DNA of 64,000 bases from the IMG/VR virus record IMGVR_UViG_2597490202_000002, positions 21,372-85,371 of that record. One strand, given 5' to 3'. The translations under genes were made by a program, and so were the position numbers. How positions within the stretch are numbered: the first letter of the stretch is position 1; each line of letters begins with the position of its first letter. The notes below the pieces were generated by a model, which saw only the letters and a list, made by a program, of their open reading frames with translations, was not told where the DNA came from and did not search any database. Shown here piece after piece: positions 56,060-64,000 of the stretch. The DNA is from a virus. Taxonomy: Duplodnaviria > Caudoviricetes.

Positions 56060-57046
56060 TTATTTCATAAATGTGTCTAAATTAAATGCTGTCTGTTTTT
56101 GCAAAACAGCCTGTGCAATAGTGACTAATTTACGCATTAAAGCCGTGATAATCACCATTTTAGGTTTGCCGCATTCAAGCAATCGCAGCACAAACGAGCG
56201 ATATACGCTGTTTTTGTAGCTGCCAAAGGCAAAGTTCATTGCAGGGCAAAAGAGTGCCTTACGAATGTCGGATTGCCCGATTTTTGAAATACCAATAACG
56301 GTATTTAAACTTTTCCCCGAACTTTTAATCATCGGGGTTAAACCTGCAAAAGTGGCGGCTGCTTTCGCGTTTTTAAAACGATTTCCATCACCTAAATGGG
56401 CAATCAGTTGAACGGCGGTTGCAAAGCCAATAGCAGGAATAGTGCAAAGTAATTTTACATTGTTTTTCAATGTATTATCTGCATTAATGCACTGTTTAAT
56501 TGTTTTTTCCAAAGCCTTAATTTGCGCTTTGATGAAGGCAATCATCTGCTGTGTTGAAGCAATGCAATCGCTGTCAAGCAACATTGTTAGCCGTGTTTTT
56601 TCTTGTGCCAACTGTTTTTTCAGGTGGTCAAGTTGGCGATTTTTACGCAACAATTCCCGTTGAGCAGGTGAAATTGGCTGATAAATCGGTAATTTATGAC
56701 GCTTTTCATCGGCATAATCAGCAAGCATTTTTGCGTCGATTTTGTCGGTTTTAGAGCGTAAATTATCGGTTTTCGTGAAATTTGCACTGCATTTAGGGTT
56801 AATCACGCTAACGGTGATTTGCTGTTGGAACAGAAAATCTGCCAAAGCTTCGTGATAAATATTGGTGGCTTCCATCACGCAGTGAAAAGTTTCACCAAAT
56901 GTATTGAGCCATTGCATAAGTGATTGAAATCCTTCTGGATTATTTTTAAACACTTTATGCTTATGTTTGCCATTTTGTAATTTAATGGCAACATCAAATT
57001 TAGCTTTGGCAATATCAATGCCAACGTAATATAATGGGTTATCCAT
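56060..57046 (-). CDS. IS110 DEDD recombinase
   Basis: GIDIAK, MEAT, KTDKIDA, AGL.P...SG. Confidence 0.95.
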   Translation of the reverse strand: MDNPLYYVGIDIAKAKFDVAIKLQNGKHKHKVFKNNPEGFQSLMQWLNTFGETFHCVMEATNIYHEALADFLFQQQITVSVINPKCSANFTKTDNLRSKTDKIDAKMLADYADEKRHKLPIYQPISPAQRELLRKNRQLDHLKKQLAQEKTRLTMLLDSDCIASTQQMIAFIKAQIKALEKTIKQCINADNTLKNNVKLLCTIPAIGFATAVQLIAHLGDGNRFKNAKAAATFAGLTPMIKSSGKSLNTVIGISKIGQSDIRKALFCPAMNFAFGSYKNSVYRSFVLRLLECGKPKMVIITALMRKLVTIAQAVLQKQTAFNLDTFMK

Positions 57047-57054
57047 TTGACCTC

Positions 57055-57228
57055 CAAACCTTGTGAATGCGGGCTACGGAAAACGTGCCTGAGATACCAT
57101 TCGGGGTGATAGTGGATGAGAAAGTAGGCTTATATCTACACTACGTGCTTAATGGCACAAGGGGCGAAGCAACTCTACTTTCTCTATAACCCCATTATGA
57201 AGGTACTCGTAATGGGGTTTCCTTTTGC
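57055..57228 (-). ncRNA. Predicted bridge RNA
   Basis: 5' hairpin; GAGAAAGTAG/CTACTTTCTC-closed target loop; donor guide ATGGTATCT. Confidence 0.7.
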
Positions 57229-57253
57229 CCATATTCTAATACAAGGGGGTAAT

Positions 57254-57376
57254 ATGTTAGTTTCACTTATCGATTTTTTAGGTTGGCTGATATTGATTAG
57301 TGTTATATATGTATTCATTGCAGAAATATTTGAATTTTTTAAAGTGCTAATCAAAGCTGTCTATGATCTTTTTTAA
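57254..57376 (+). CDS. 40-aa hydrophobic peptide
   Basis: MLVSLIDFLGWLILISVIYVFIA..; RBS coincides with the IS110 target. Confidence 0.4.
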   Translation: MLVSLIDFLGWLILISVIYVFIAEIFEFFKVLIKAVYDLF

Positions 57377-57416
57377 AACCTAAAGCGGTCACATTTGACC
57401 GCTTTTTTGCAAATAG

Positions 57417-57878
57417 CTAACCATCAGCCAACGCCTTAATCACAAAATTTTCAATCATTTCAATATCTTCATCGGTAAAGCCTAACAACTCACGCTGATC
57501 GTATTTCACCTTCCAATTTGCACTTCTCACCACTCGACCTTTTAACCCGTACTGGTGAATTTGTGCAATATGTGCGTCACTGCCACTGTAACCCAACTCG
57601 ATATTATCCCCAGCGGTTCTTAACTTCATAAATCGGGCTGACTTCAATTTTAAGAACATTGCATTTTGTTTAATCTTTCCCTTGCGTTTCTTACGTTGTA
57701 CTTTGCGTGGCGTGTACGACGAGCCGTCAGGATTTTGCTGTGCGGTAATACGTCTGCGTTGGCTACGAGCCAATTCACGCCCGATTTGTTGATATAGCAA
57801 CCGTCGCCGTGGTTTGCTGATATTTTTGAGCAACGCATTAAACGCTGATTTAACTTTGATAATGTCGTCTGTCGCCAT
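57417..57878 (-). CDS. P2 gpS-like tail completion protein
   Basis: RI.AQ.NPDG..Y.PRK; IA..HQYG; RELLG. Confidence 0.88.
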   Translation of the reverse strand: MATDDIIKVKSAFNALLKNISKPRRRLLYQQIGRELARSQRRRITAQQNPDGSSYTPRKVQRKKRKGKIKQNAMFLKLKSARFMKLRTAGDNIELGYSGSDAHIAQIHQYGLKGRVVRSANWKVKYDQRELLGFTDEDIEMIENFVIKALADG

Positions 57879-58353
57879 TATTCCATCGCTCCCATTCGCT
57901 CATACACCTGTTCCCCTTTCACAAAATAGTCAGCCGTTCCAGAGGTTGCCATTCGGTCGGCTGTGGCTCTTCGGCGTGGTGAACTTGGTAATGATCGCCT
58001 TCTTGTTTGACAATAACACGCTCGGTCAGTGGGATTTTGATGTAAATATCGTGGGTGGCGTTGTTGTTTGGGTCAATTTCAAAGGTGATACTGTCCTGTT
58101 TGTTGGGATTGGTCATCAGCTCCGATTGTTGCAAGCGGATAAATTCCATCACAGGCACAAACAGTAAATCAGGGTGTTCAGGGAAATCTTCCACCACAAT
58201 TTCTAAGTCGTAGAGATATTGGTAGCTAAGTGATGTCGCCCCTGTCGCCCAGATTTTGCCGTTGGCATAGTAAATCTGTAATTGCTCAGGTTTTTTCGCA
58301 AAATAAGGAATGGTTTTGGTGAGCAGGTCACGCAATTTGTCTGGTTTAATCAT
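57878..58353 (-). pseudogene. P2 gpR-like tail completion protein with 3' frameshift
   Basis: MIKP..LR, Y.YDL, LTERV.V; stop at 57919, alternative frame runs to TAATG at 57878. Confidence 0.75.
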
Positions 58354-58568
58354 TTGCGATAGCCTTTTTGTTTGTATTCATAAATTTGTTGGCAATCAAT
58401 GCAACGGGTGCAACCTTGCACGTTTTGGCGACGGGCTTCGGGAATTGGTTCGTCGCAATCTTCGCAATGGGTCAGGCTACAAGCGGTCGGTTTGTTGCGA
58501 AGTTTTGCAAGGGCAAACTCTCTTTCTTTTTCGGCAAGCTCATTGGCTCGGTCAATTTGGTCTTTCAT
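58350..58568 (-). CDS. TraR/DksA C4 zinc-finger protein
   Basis: D.IDRA; CEDC.EPIPEARR....GC.RC.DCQ. Confidence 0.88.
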   Translation of the reverse strand: MKDQIDRANELAEKEREFALAKLRNKPTACSLTHCEDCDEPIPEARRQNVQGCTRCIDCQQIYEYKQKGYRK

Positions 58569-58680
58569 CGCTTTTTCTCGTTGAGTTAAATAGCGATATT
58601 GTGAGTAAGTAGCAAAGGTGGGGCGAATGGTTGTGGGTGTGGATTTGGGGGTAACAAAAAAGCGACTAGTGTCGCTTTAT

Positions 58681-59100
58681 TTAACTGACAATATTTCGAT
58701 AATAGAAAAATTGTTCTGCAATGTGTCGGAAATGTTTCATTATTACACGATGATTTTCTTCTCGTTGAGCTGCAATTTTATGGGCTAATGGTTCAGGTAA
58801 AATGGTAATAAGTAAATAATCTGAGCCATCTTCAACATACACAAGACAAGTATCACTCGTTCGGCGTTGCCCTGTTTGCCAATGTTTATCCCAATTTATT
58901 TTATCAAGGATATTAATAACGGGAACAAGATGAACGTGTCTTAATCCTGATTGAATAGGGGTATAAAACCCATCTTTGCCAAAATGATAGCTACTATTTT
59001 CGCCATTTTGTTTCCAATATTTAAACTGTTCAATAAAGAATTGTTTATCTTCTTCATCGGAAAATGCCATATTGAAGAGTTGCGTATATGCAACATTCAT
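58681..59100 (-). CDS. YafO-like type II toxin
   Basis: FGKD, LRHVHL, RRTSD..LVY, P.AH motifs. Confidence 0.78.
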   Translation of the reverse strand: MNVAYTQLFNMAFSDEEDKQFFIEQFKYWKQNGENSSYHFGKDGFYTPIQSGLRHVHLVPVINILDKINWDKHWQTGQRRTSDTCLVYVEDGSDYLLITILPEPLAHKIAAQREENHRVIMKHFRHIAEQFFYYRNIVS

Positions 59101-59294
59101 TTAATCAGCACCATTGCTCGCATTAGACTTTCTTCTGTCATTTGCTGTGCATAACGTTCAACATTCGCAAACACTTTATATTCTTGTGGGCTGAGTGCTG
59201 GCACTTCACGCAATGGCTTTTGGTGTGTTTCAACCACTGCAAATACTGCATTATGCGGCACTTGCGCCATAGGTTGAGCTTGTAAAATAATCAT
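59097..59294 (-). CDS. 65-aa putative antitoxin
   Basis: GGAG RBS; ATGA overlap with toxin; promoter TTGACA-17-TAGGAT at 59356-59328. Confidence 0.6.
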   Translation of the reverse strand: MIILQAQPMAQVPHNAVFAVVETHQKPLREVPALSPQEYKVFANVERYAQQMTEESLMRAMVLIK

Positions 59295-59352
59295 TGTTTT
59301 TCTCCGCTTTGTAAAGGGAATAGTTGGATCCTAACGTTGAATAAGAAAATTG

Positions 59353-59547
59353 TCAATTTACGACCAAAAGCCTTGATTGGTCGGGACTTTGCGTTCTAAC
59401 ATTTTGATTTGATTGTTTTAATTGCTGTTGTAGTACCAACAGAGCATTTTTTTGAATTTCTTCTTTGGTTTTACCGACAATTCGTGTGCCACCGACTTGT
59501 TTTGTGCGATCAACAATTTCACGAATATAAGGTGCATTTTTATTCAT
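59353..59547 (-). CDS. 64-aa hypothetical moron protein
   Basis: GGAGG RBS and its own TTGACA promoter. Confidence 0.55.
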   Translation of the reverse strand: MNKNAPYIREIVDRTKQVGGTRIVGKTKEEIQKNALLVLQQQLKQSNQNVRTQSPDQSRLLVVN

Positions 59548-59646
59548 ATTGCCCCTCCATTACATAGAAAACGTACAATATATTTTGCATTGTCGGCTTT
59601 TTATTTTCATCTGTCAATAAAAAGCCCCGACTAGTCGGGGCAATCA

Positions 59647-59937
59647 TTATTCTGTAATACGTTTATTATAACCTTCCACACACGCTTCCCAGCCTTGAAT
59701 TTCAACCTGACAAAGCTCAATGGTCGTTAAACTTTGGTCGAGAGATTTTGCAAGATCAGCGTTGGTTTTTATCTCGAACTTGGGGCTGTGGCACTGCTTT
59801 ATTTGGGGGCAAAGGAGCGGAATTGGCTTTACTGTTCGATACTGTATCGCTTCTTTGGTTGAGCAACCGACTAACGCCAGTAGGCACAGGCTGATAACTC
59901 CAAGATTGATTGTTTTCCAGTTCAAGTAAGATTTCAT
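59647..59937 (-). CDS. lysC: o-spanin (LysC-like lipoprotein)
   Basis: LVGC lipobox; CP...C...TN.DL; overlaps lysB. Confidence 0.8.
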   Translation of the reverse strand: MKSYLNWKTINLGVISLCLLALVGCSTKEAIQYRTVKPIPLLCPQIKQCHSPKFEIKTNADLAKSLDQSLTTIELCQVEIQGWEACVEGYNKRITE

Positions 59938-60223
59938 TGGTGCGTTTCTCCGCTTGGGTGAGCTTAGTTAAAATTTGTTGATGTAATTTATCCACCTGCT
60001 TTTGATACTGCAGAATATGTTGGTTTGCCTGTTCTAGCCGGTTGGCTAGGCTTTGGTTATCCGCTCGCACTAAAGCAATTTCTTCTTGTTTGGATTGGTT
60101 GTCCGCCTGCAGTGTTTTGCGTTCATAACAGAGAAAGGCATTAATGCAGACACCAATCAGCAAGGCGATAATCATCGCTTTGCCAAAACTTTTCTCAATC
60201 ATACCGCTTATAATGCTAAACAT
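59756..60223 (-). CDS. lysB: i-spanin (LysB-like)
   Basis: TM plus coiled coil; W...PVP..V.RLL. Confidence 0.8.
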   Translation of the reverse strand: MFSIISGMIEKSFGKAMIIALLIGVCINAFLCYERKTLQADNQSKQEEIALVRADNQSLANRLEQANQHILQYQKQVDKLHQQILTKLTQAEKRTNEILLELENNQSWSYQPVPTGVSRLLNQRSDTVSNSKANSAPLPPNKAVPQPQVRDKNQR

Positions 60224-60732
60224 AGTGCTTTTTCCTTTTCTCGTCTGATTTCTAAACCACGCAGTTTTTTGCCATTGGCATAGACCCAACGGCTAAACTG
60301 TTCACACATTGCAGGGCTGTAACCTTGATTGGCGAGTTTGAACAAGGTCGAATGTCGCATTGTTCCGCAACCTGCATTGAAGGTAATTGATGTCAATGCG
60401 TCAAACGCTCCTTGTGGCATTTTTTTGCCGTTGGCGTAGCGGTTTACGCACCGTTCCGCTTCGGCTAAATCTTTTGCCCAGCGGTCAGCAATTTCTTTGT
60501 CGCTGTAAATTTTGCGTTCAATCTTACCGCTTGTGGCTTCGGTTGAACCAATGCCGACGGTGAGTACATTCGCAGGGCAAACATAAGGATCTCGTCTGCA
60601 CCCTTCAGTGTTGCCGATAATGTCTAAGCCTTTTGGACTGGTGCGGATTTCAGGGTGATTAAGCTGTACTAAGCCGATAATTGCACCGATACCGCAGACC
60701 ATCGCTCCGCCGAATTTAAGATTTTTGTTCAT
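60208..60732 (-). CDS. Endolysin (GH24 lysozyme)
   Basis: Same catalytic motifs as the 46828 gene. Confidence 0.92.
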   Translation of the reverse strand: MNKNLKFGGAMVCGIGAIIGLVQLNHPEIRTSPKGLDIIGNTEGCRRDPYVCPANVLTVGIGSTEATSGKIERKIYSDKEIADRWAKDLAEAERCVNRYANGKKMPQGAFDALTSITFNAGCGTMRHSTLFKLANQGYSPAMCEQFSRWVYANGKKLRGLEIRREKEKALCLAL

Positions 60733-60863
60733 CGTCTAAAATGTCCTTTAAGTTGATTTTATAACGCTCAAGGGCTTTTTCTTTCAGTTTGATTTCTCGG
60801 TCTTTGTAGTACCAATTCATCAATAGGGTAAACAAGCCGAATAAAATCCCCATTATTACGCCC
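60716..60863 (-). pseudogene. Holin 3' remnant; gpL, gpX and holin 5' end deleted
   Basis: GILFGLFT.L.NWYYK.RE joined about 25 nt after the gpM stop. Confidence 0.7.
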
Positions 60864-60887
60864 CGTCGGCTGCGTGGTTTGCTCGGT

Positions 60888-61541
60888 TTAGTCGGTGTCG
60901 GCTTGGTTTAACTGCTTCTGAAGTTTTTTAACACTGCCTTGCACACCGATGTTTAAATTCAGTTCTAATGCCCGTTCTAAGTAGCTGAGTGCCGTTTCAG
61001 GCTGTGTCGTTTCAAGTAGCAAGCCGATTTCACGGTAGAGCCTTGCTCGACTTTCGTCTGGCATATCTTTCTCTTTGGTGAGTTCGTCCACTCGTAACAA
61101 GTAGCTCACTTCAAACGGCTTTTGCACCTTCTGGGCTTTTTTCGCTGCGTCAGCAAACTCTTCAGCAAGCATTGAGCAAAGCGAACGACTAAAGCCGTCA
61201 GGCAATGTCAGGTCTTGATGAATGGCGTAATCGGCAATTTGTAAAGCAAGGTGATACTCGCCACAATCCACCGACCATACTTGCCACGTCATCAGTACAT
61301 TGTCCTGTTTGCCGTTGCCCGCACTCAATGCCCCTTCAATCCACGGCAAATAGTGGTGAAGAATGCTTTTTTTATAACTGGCTCGCTGTTCCATTGAGGC
61401 AATGGCTTTCAGGTCTTTTTTATGACGAGCCAGCAAATAAAGCATTTTTTCGTATTCGTCGAGGTTTTCTAGTTGAGCTTGCTCAGAAGATTGAGCAAGC
61501 TCCGCAGTTACTCGCAAATAGTGGGCTTGAGTTGGTCGCAT
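60888..61541 (-). CDS. P2 gpM-like terminase small subunit
   Basis: LK.I.S.E, Y.PW, QD.VL, DMPDE.RA.L. Confidence 0.88.
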   Translation of the reverse strand: MRPTQAHYLRVTAELAQSSEQAQLENLDEYEKMLYLLARHKKDLKAIASMEQRASYKKSILHHYLPWIEGALSAGNGKQDNVLMTWQVWSVDCGEYHLALQIADYAIHQDLTLPDGFSRSLCSMLAEEFADAAKKAQKVQKPFEVSYLLRVDELTKEKDMPDESRARLYREIGLLLETTQPETALSYLERALELNLNIGVQGSVKKLQKQLNQADTD

Positions 61542-61744
61542 TAACCGCCTACTCCAGTAGTATCAGGTGAACCAAGCATACTAATGTTTTTCAACAGGGC
61601 GACTTGTGCATAATTTTCGACAACGAAATCATCGTTAGAAGAAACGAAATTTTTACCCGTAAAAATGTGGTTGTAATCCACACCGTTGTCTTGTGCTACA
61701 CCTGCAAGGTAAGTGTTAAATTTGGTCGCTGTTTCTTTTCTCAT
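61541..61744 (-). pseudogene. P2 gpN major capsid with most of the gene deleted in frame
   Basis: N-terminus MRKET..KFN.Y joined to C-terminal SSNDDFVVE.Y. Confidence 0.8.
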
Positions 61745-61756
61745 ATTCTGTCCTTT

Positions 61757-62571
61757 TTAGAAAACACGTTCATTATTTAATTCACCACCCGTAATTTCAG
61801 GGCGTGGCGTGTAGCCGTGTTCTGGCTCACTGCCGATAACATCAACACGGCTTTGTAAAGCGGTGAGATCGGCGGATAATTTTTCAAAATCTGCACGCAA
61901 TGCGACTTTTTCCGCTTCGGCTTGTTTTAGCTTCTCTTCTAGCTCTGTAAATTTTCCGCTAAAAGCAACTGTGCCTGTTCATGTTCAGCAAAACGTGCTT
62001 CAACATCGGCTTTATGTTGGGCGGTGTCGGCTTTTTCTTTACTAAACATCGCTTTCATTTTTTCAAAGAATGACACTGGCTCTTCTGCAAAGGTAAGCGA
62101 ACATTCCACCGCTTCAGTGGTAAAGATTTCGCCTTGCTGTTCACCATTTTTCGTTGTGAAAGAGAGATATTGGGTGCCTAAGCTTGCTGGCGTGTCAGTC
62201 ACCGCTAAACCTGTCAAATAGGCTTTGCCTGTTTTGGCAAAATTGGTGCGGACTTCGATTGAGGTGTAAACCTTCTGCTTACTCTTCACTAACTCGACTA
62301 ATTCATCCGTTGGCTCAATTTGTGCATAAAGCTGTAATTTGCCTTCGTCATTCTCTTCTGCCTTAACGGCTAACACATCACCGTAGCATTTTGAATGGGC
62401 AAGTTCAGGGTCGAACCAAAACAAGTGAAAATGTTCAAGGTTGATACGAGCGCCGTAGGTTTTCGGGTCGTACGTTTCGGCAATATCAGAAAGCCACTGG
62501 CGTTCGATCTGACGACCGTCCACCGTTGCTCCTTCTGTGGCTACCACAAACCAGTTGGATTTTTTCGGCAT
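61757..62571 (-). pseudogene. P2 gpO scaffold/protease, frameshifted near 61960
   Basis: ATEGATVDGR, ARINLEH, AYLTGLAVTDTPASLGT; C-terminal PRP..TG in another frame. Confidence 0.82.
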
Positions 62572-62738
62572 AAATGCTTCCTCGAAATGAGAATGTTCAA
62601 AATTGCCGATATGGTGATTGGATTTTCAAACAGGTGCAAAGCGTTGCGGTTGTTAAGCAGGATTTAACAAAGGGGACTGTTCTACAAACGCCGTCCGTTT
62701 CATAACAATAGCCATATTTTCAACGATGACGCAAAACA

Positions 62739-63087
62739 ATGACGGATATTGCAACAAACCAAGCGGAACAGACCGCTTTAATTAATATGAATACCCACCG
62801 TGAAGCACAATTAAAGTATTGGGCTGGCTATTCACTCACGGAAATTGCCAAAATGCTTAACATTCCCGTGTCCACTATCGCCAGCTGGAAGAAACGGGAA
62901 AAATGGGACGAAGCACCTTTGTTTGAACGTGTGAGCGGTAATATTGAGAGCCGTTATATGTTGCTGTTACAAAAGGACGTTAAAACAGGGTACGATTTTA
63001 AAGAGTTGGATTTTTTAATGCACCGCCGAGAGTAGAAGGCGGTGATTATCGTGTGTTGCATACGGATACTTTTCCTGCTCGGCGGTA
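62739..63087 (+). pseudogene. P2 gpP terminase ATPase, N-terminal fragment plus a distal fragment
   Basis: YW.G....IA..L....T..SWK.RE.WD; then VEGGDYRVL fragment. Confidence 0.78.
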
Positions 63088-63145
63088 ATGTACCTCTTGC
63101 ATTTTGCATTGTGCGAGCTTGCACAAACATCAAGGTCAAATGTTC

Positions 63146-64000
63146 TGTAGAAGATCAGACTTGATCTGACAAATCATTATAAAAATGAGAGTTTCCCGTT
63201 TAGAATATGAGTGTCTAAAATTCAATCTAAACAAAAAAGGAAACTCTCATGTTTTATTACTTACAATCCGCTCATTAAACACAAGACTGGTTTACTCAAT
63301 TTAGCAGAAGAGCTCGGAAACATTTCTCAAGCTTGTAAAGCGATGGGAATGAGCCGAGATACATTCTATCGCTATCAACAAGCCGTAGAGCAAGGCGGTG
63401 TTGAAGCATTACTTAATCAAACTCGTCGGGTACCGAATATCAAAAATCGAGTAGACGAGCACATTGAGCAAGCTGTTGTAAAATTTGCCTTAGATTTTCC
63501 GGCTTACTTATCAGCAAACATTTGTTGATACTTATAGCAAGGTTGCTTTTGCAAAGCTCTACACAATAAAAACCGCAATTGCCGCTGCAGATATGCTCAA
63601 TGATAAAGTCCTACCGTTCTTTGAAGCCCAAGGATTACCGATGTTGCGTATTCTCACCGACCGTGGCAGTGAATATTGTGGCAAAGTGGAAAATCACGAT
63701 TATGAGCTTTATTTAGCGATAAATGACATAGAGCATACTAAAACGAAAGTGAAGCATCCACAGACGAATGGTATCTGTGAACGTTTCCATAAGACTATCT
63801 TACAAGAATTTTACCAAGTCGCATTTAGGAAGAAAATATATACGGATTTAGCGACATTACAAGCTGATTTAGATGAGTGGTTAATGTATTATAATCACCA
63901 TCGAACACATCAAGGAAAAATGTGCTGTGGCAGAACTCCGATGGCAACATTACTTGATGGAAAAGGGATTTGGGCAGAAAAGAATTTAAGCTCAAATTAA
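63146..64000 (+). mobile_element. IS481-family element with frameshifted, internally deleted transposase; right end outside window
   Basis: TGT start; GNISQACK, LTDRGSEY, PQTNGICERF, YN..R.H. Confidence 0.85.

Larger units (their letters stand above)
56036..57245 (-). mobile_element. IS110-family (IS621-like) element
   Basis: CT core at both ends (AG at 56036-37 and 57244-45); no IRs or TSD; circle junction ATGGTATCTTGTAT. Confidence 0.88.
57246..63145 (-). mobile_element. Prophage 3: P2-like remnant with multiple deletions
   Basis: P, O, N, M, lysis, R, S order of P2. Confidence 0.88.

Noticed and set aside
55776-56219. 147-aa ORF as an intact gene
   Set aside because: The part after 56037 is antisense IS110 sequence
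57152-57253. N-terminal extension of the 74-aa ORF
   Set aside because: It lies in the IS110 non-coding end; only the 57254 start is plausible

Overview
This window is almost entirely prophage DNA from a Pasteurellaceae host; repeated ACAAGCGGT uptake-type sequences point to the Actinobacillus/Glaesserella/Mannheimia clade. Three phage genomes lie end to end. (1) About 1-21860: the head, contractile-tail and fibre operon of a myovirus (DUF2213 protease, DUF3383 sheath), with the major capsid gene split by an internally deleted IS256. (2) About 21900-56037: a lambdoid prophage with accessory/early region, Red recombination, tRNA-Arg, cI/cro/cII, O/DnaB, nin/Q, lysis, terminase, portal, MuF and capsid genes. 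It has no visible integrase and is cut off by an IS110 element whose bridge-RNA guides can be read. (3) About 57250-63145: a heavily deleted P2-like remnant on the minus strand, ended by an IS481 pseudogene. The most interesting signals are mostly absent from the ORF track: three Ibs-like peptide / antisense promoter / ribbon-helix-helix modules; seven accessory cassettes sharing one promoter family; a 20-aa NEGW-repeat peptide coupled to a DUF4760-like gene; two C4-like antisense loci with co-varying specificity boxes; a kinase-phosphatase pair; a Rex-position gene pair; a MuF-phosphoribosyltransferase fusion; and a shared leader on putative capsid cargo proteins. Family names come from motif recognition and gene order, not database searches.
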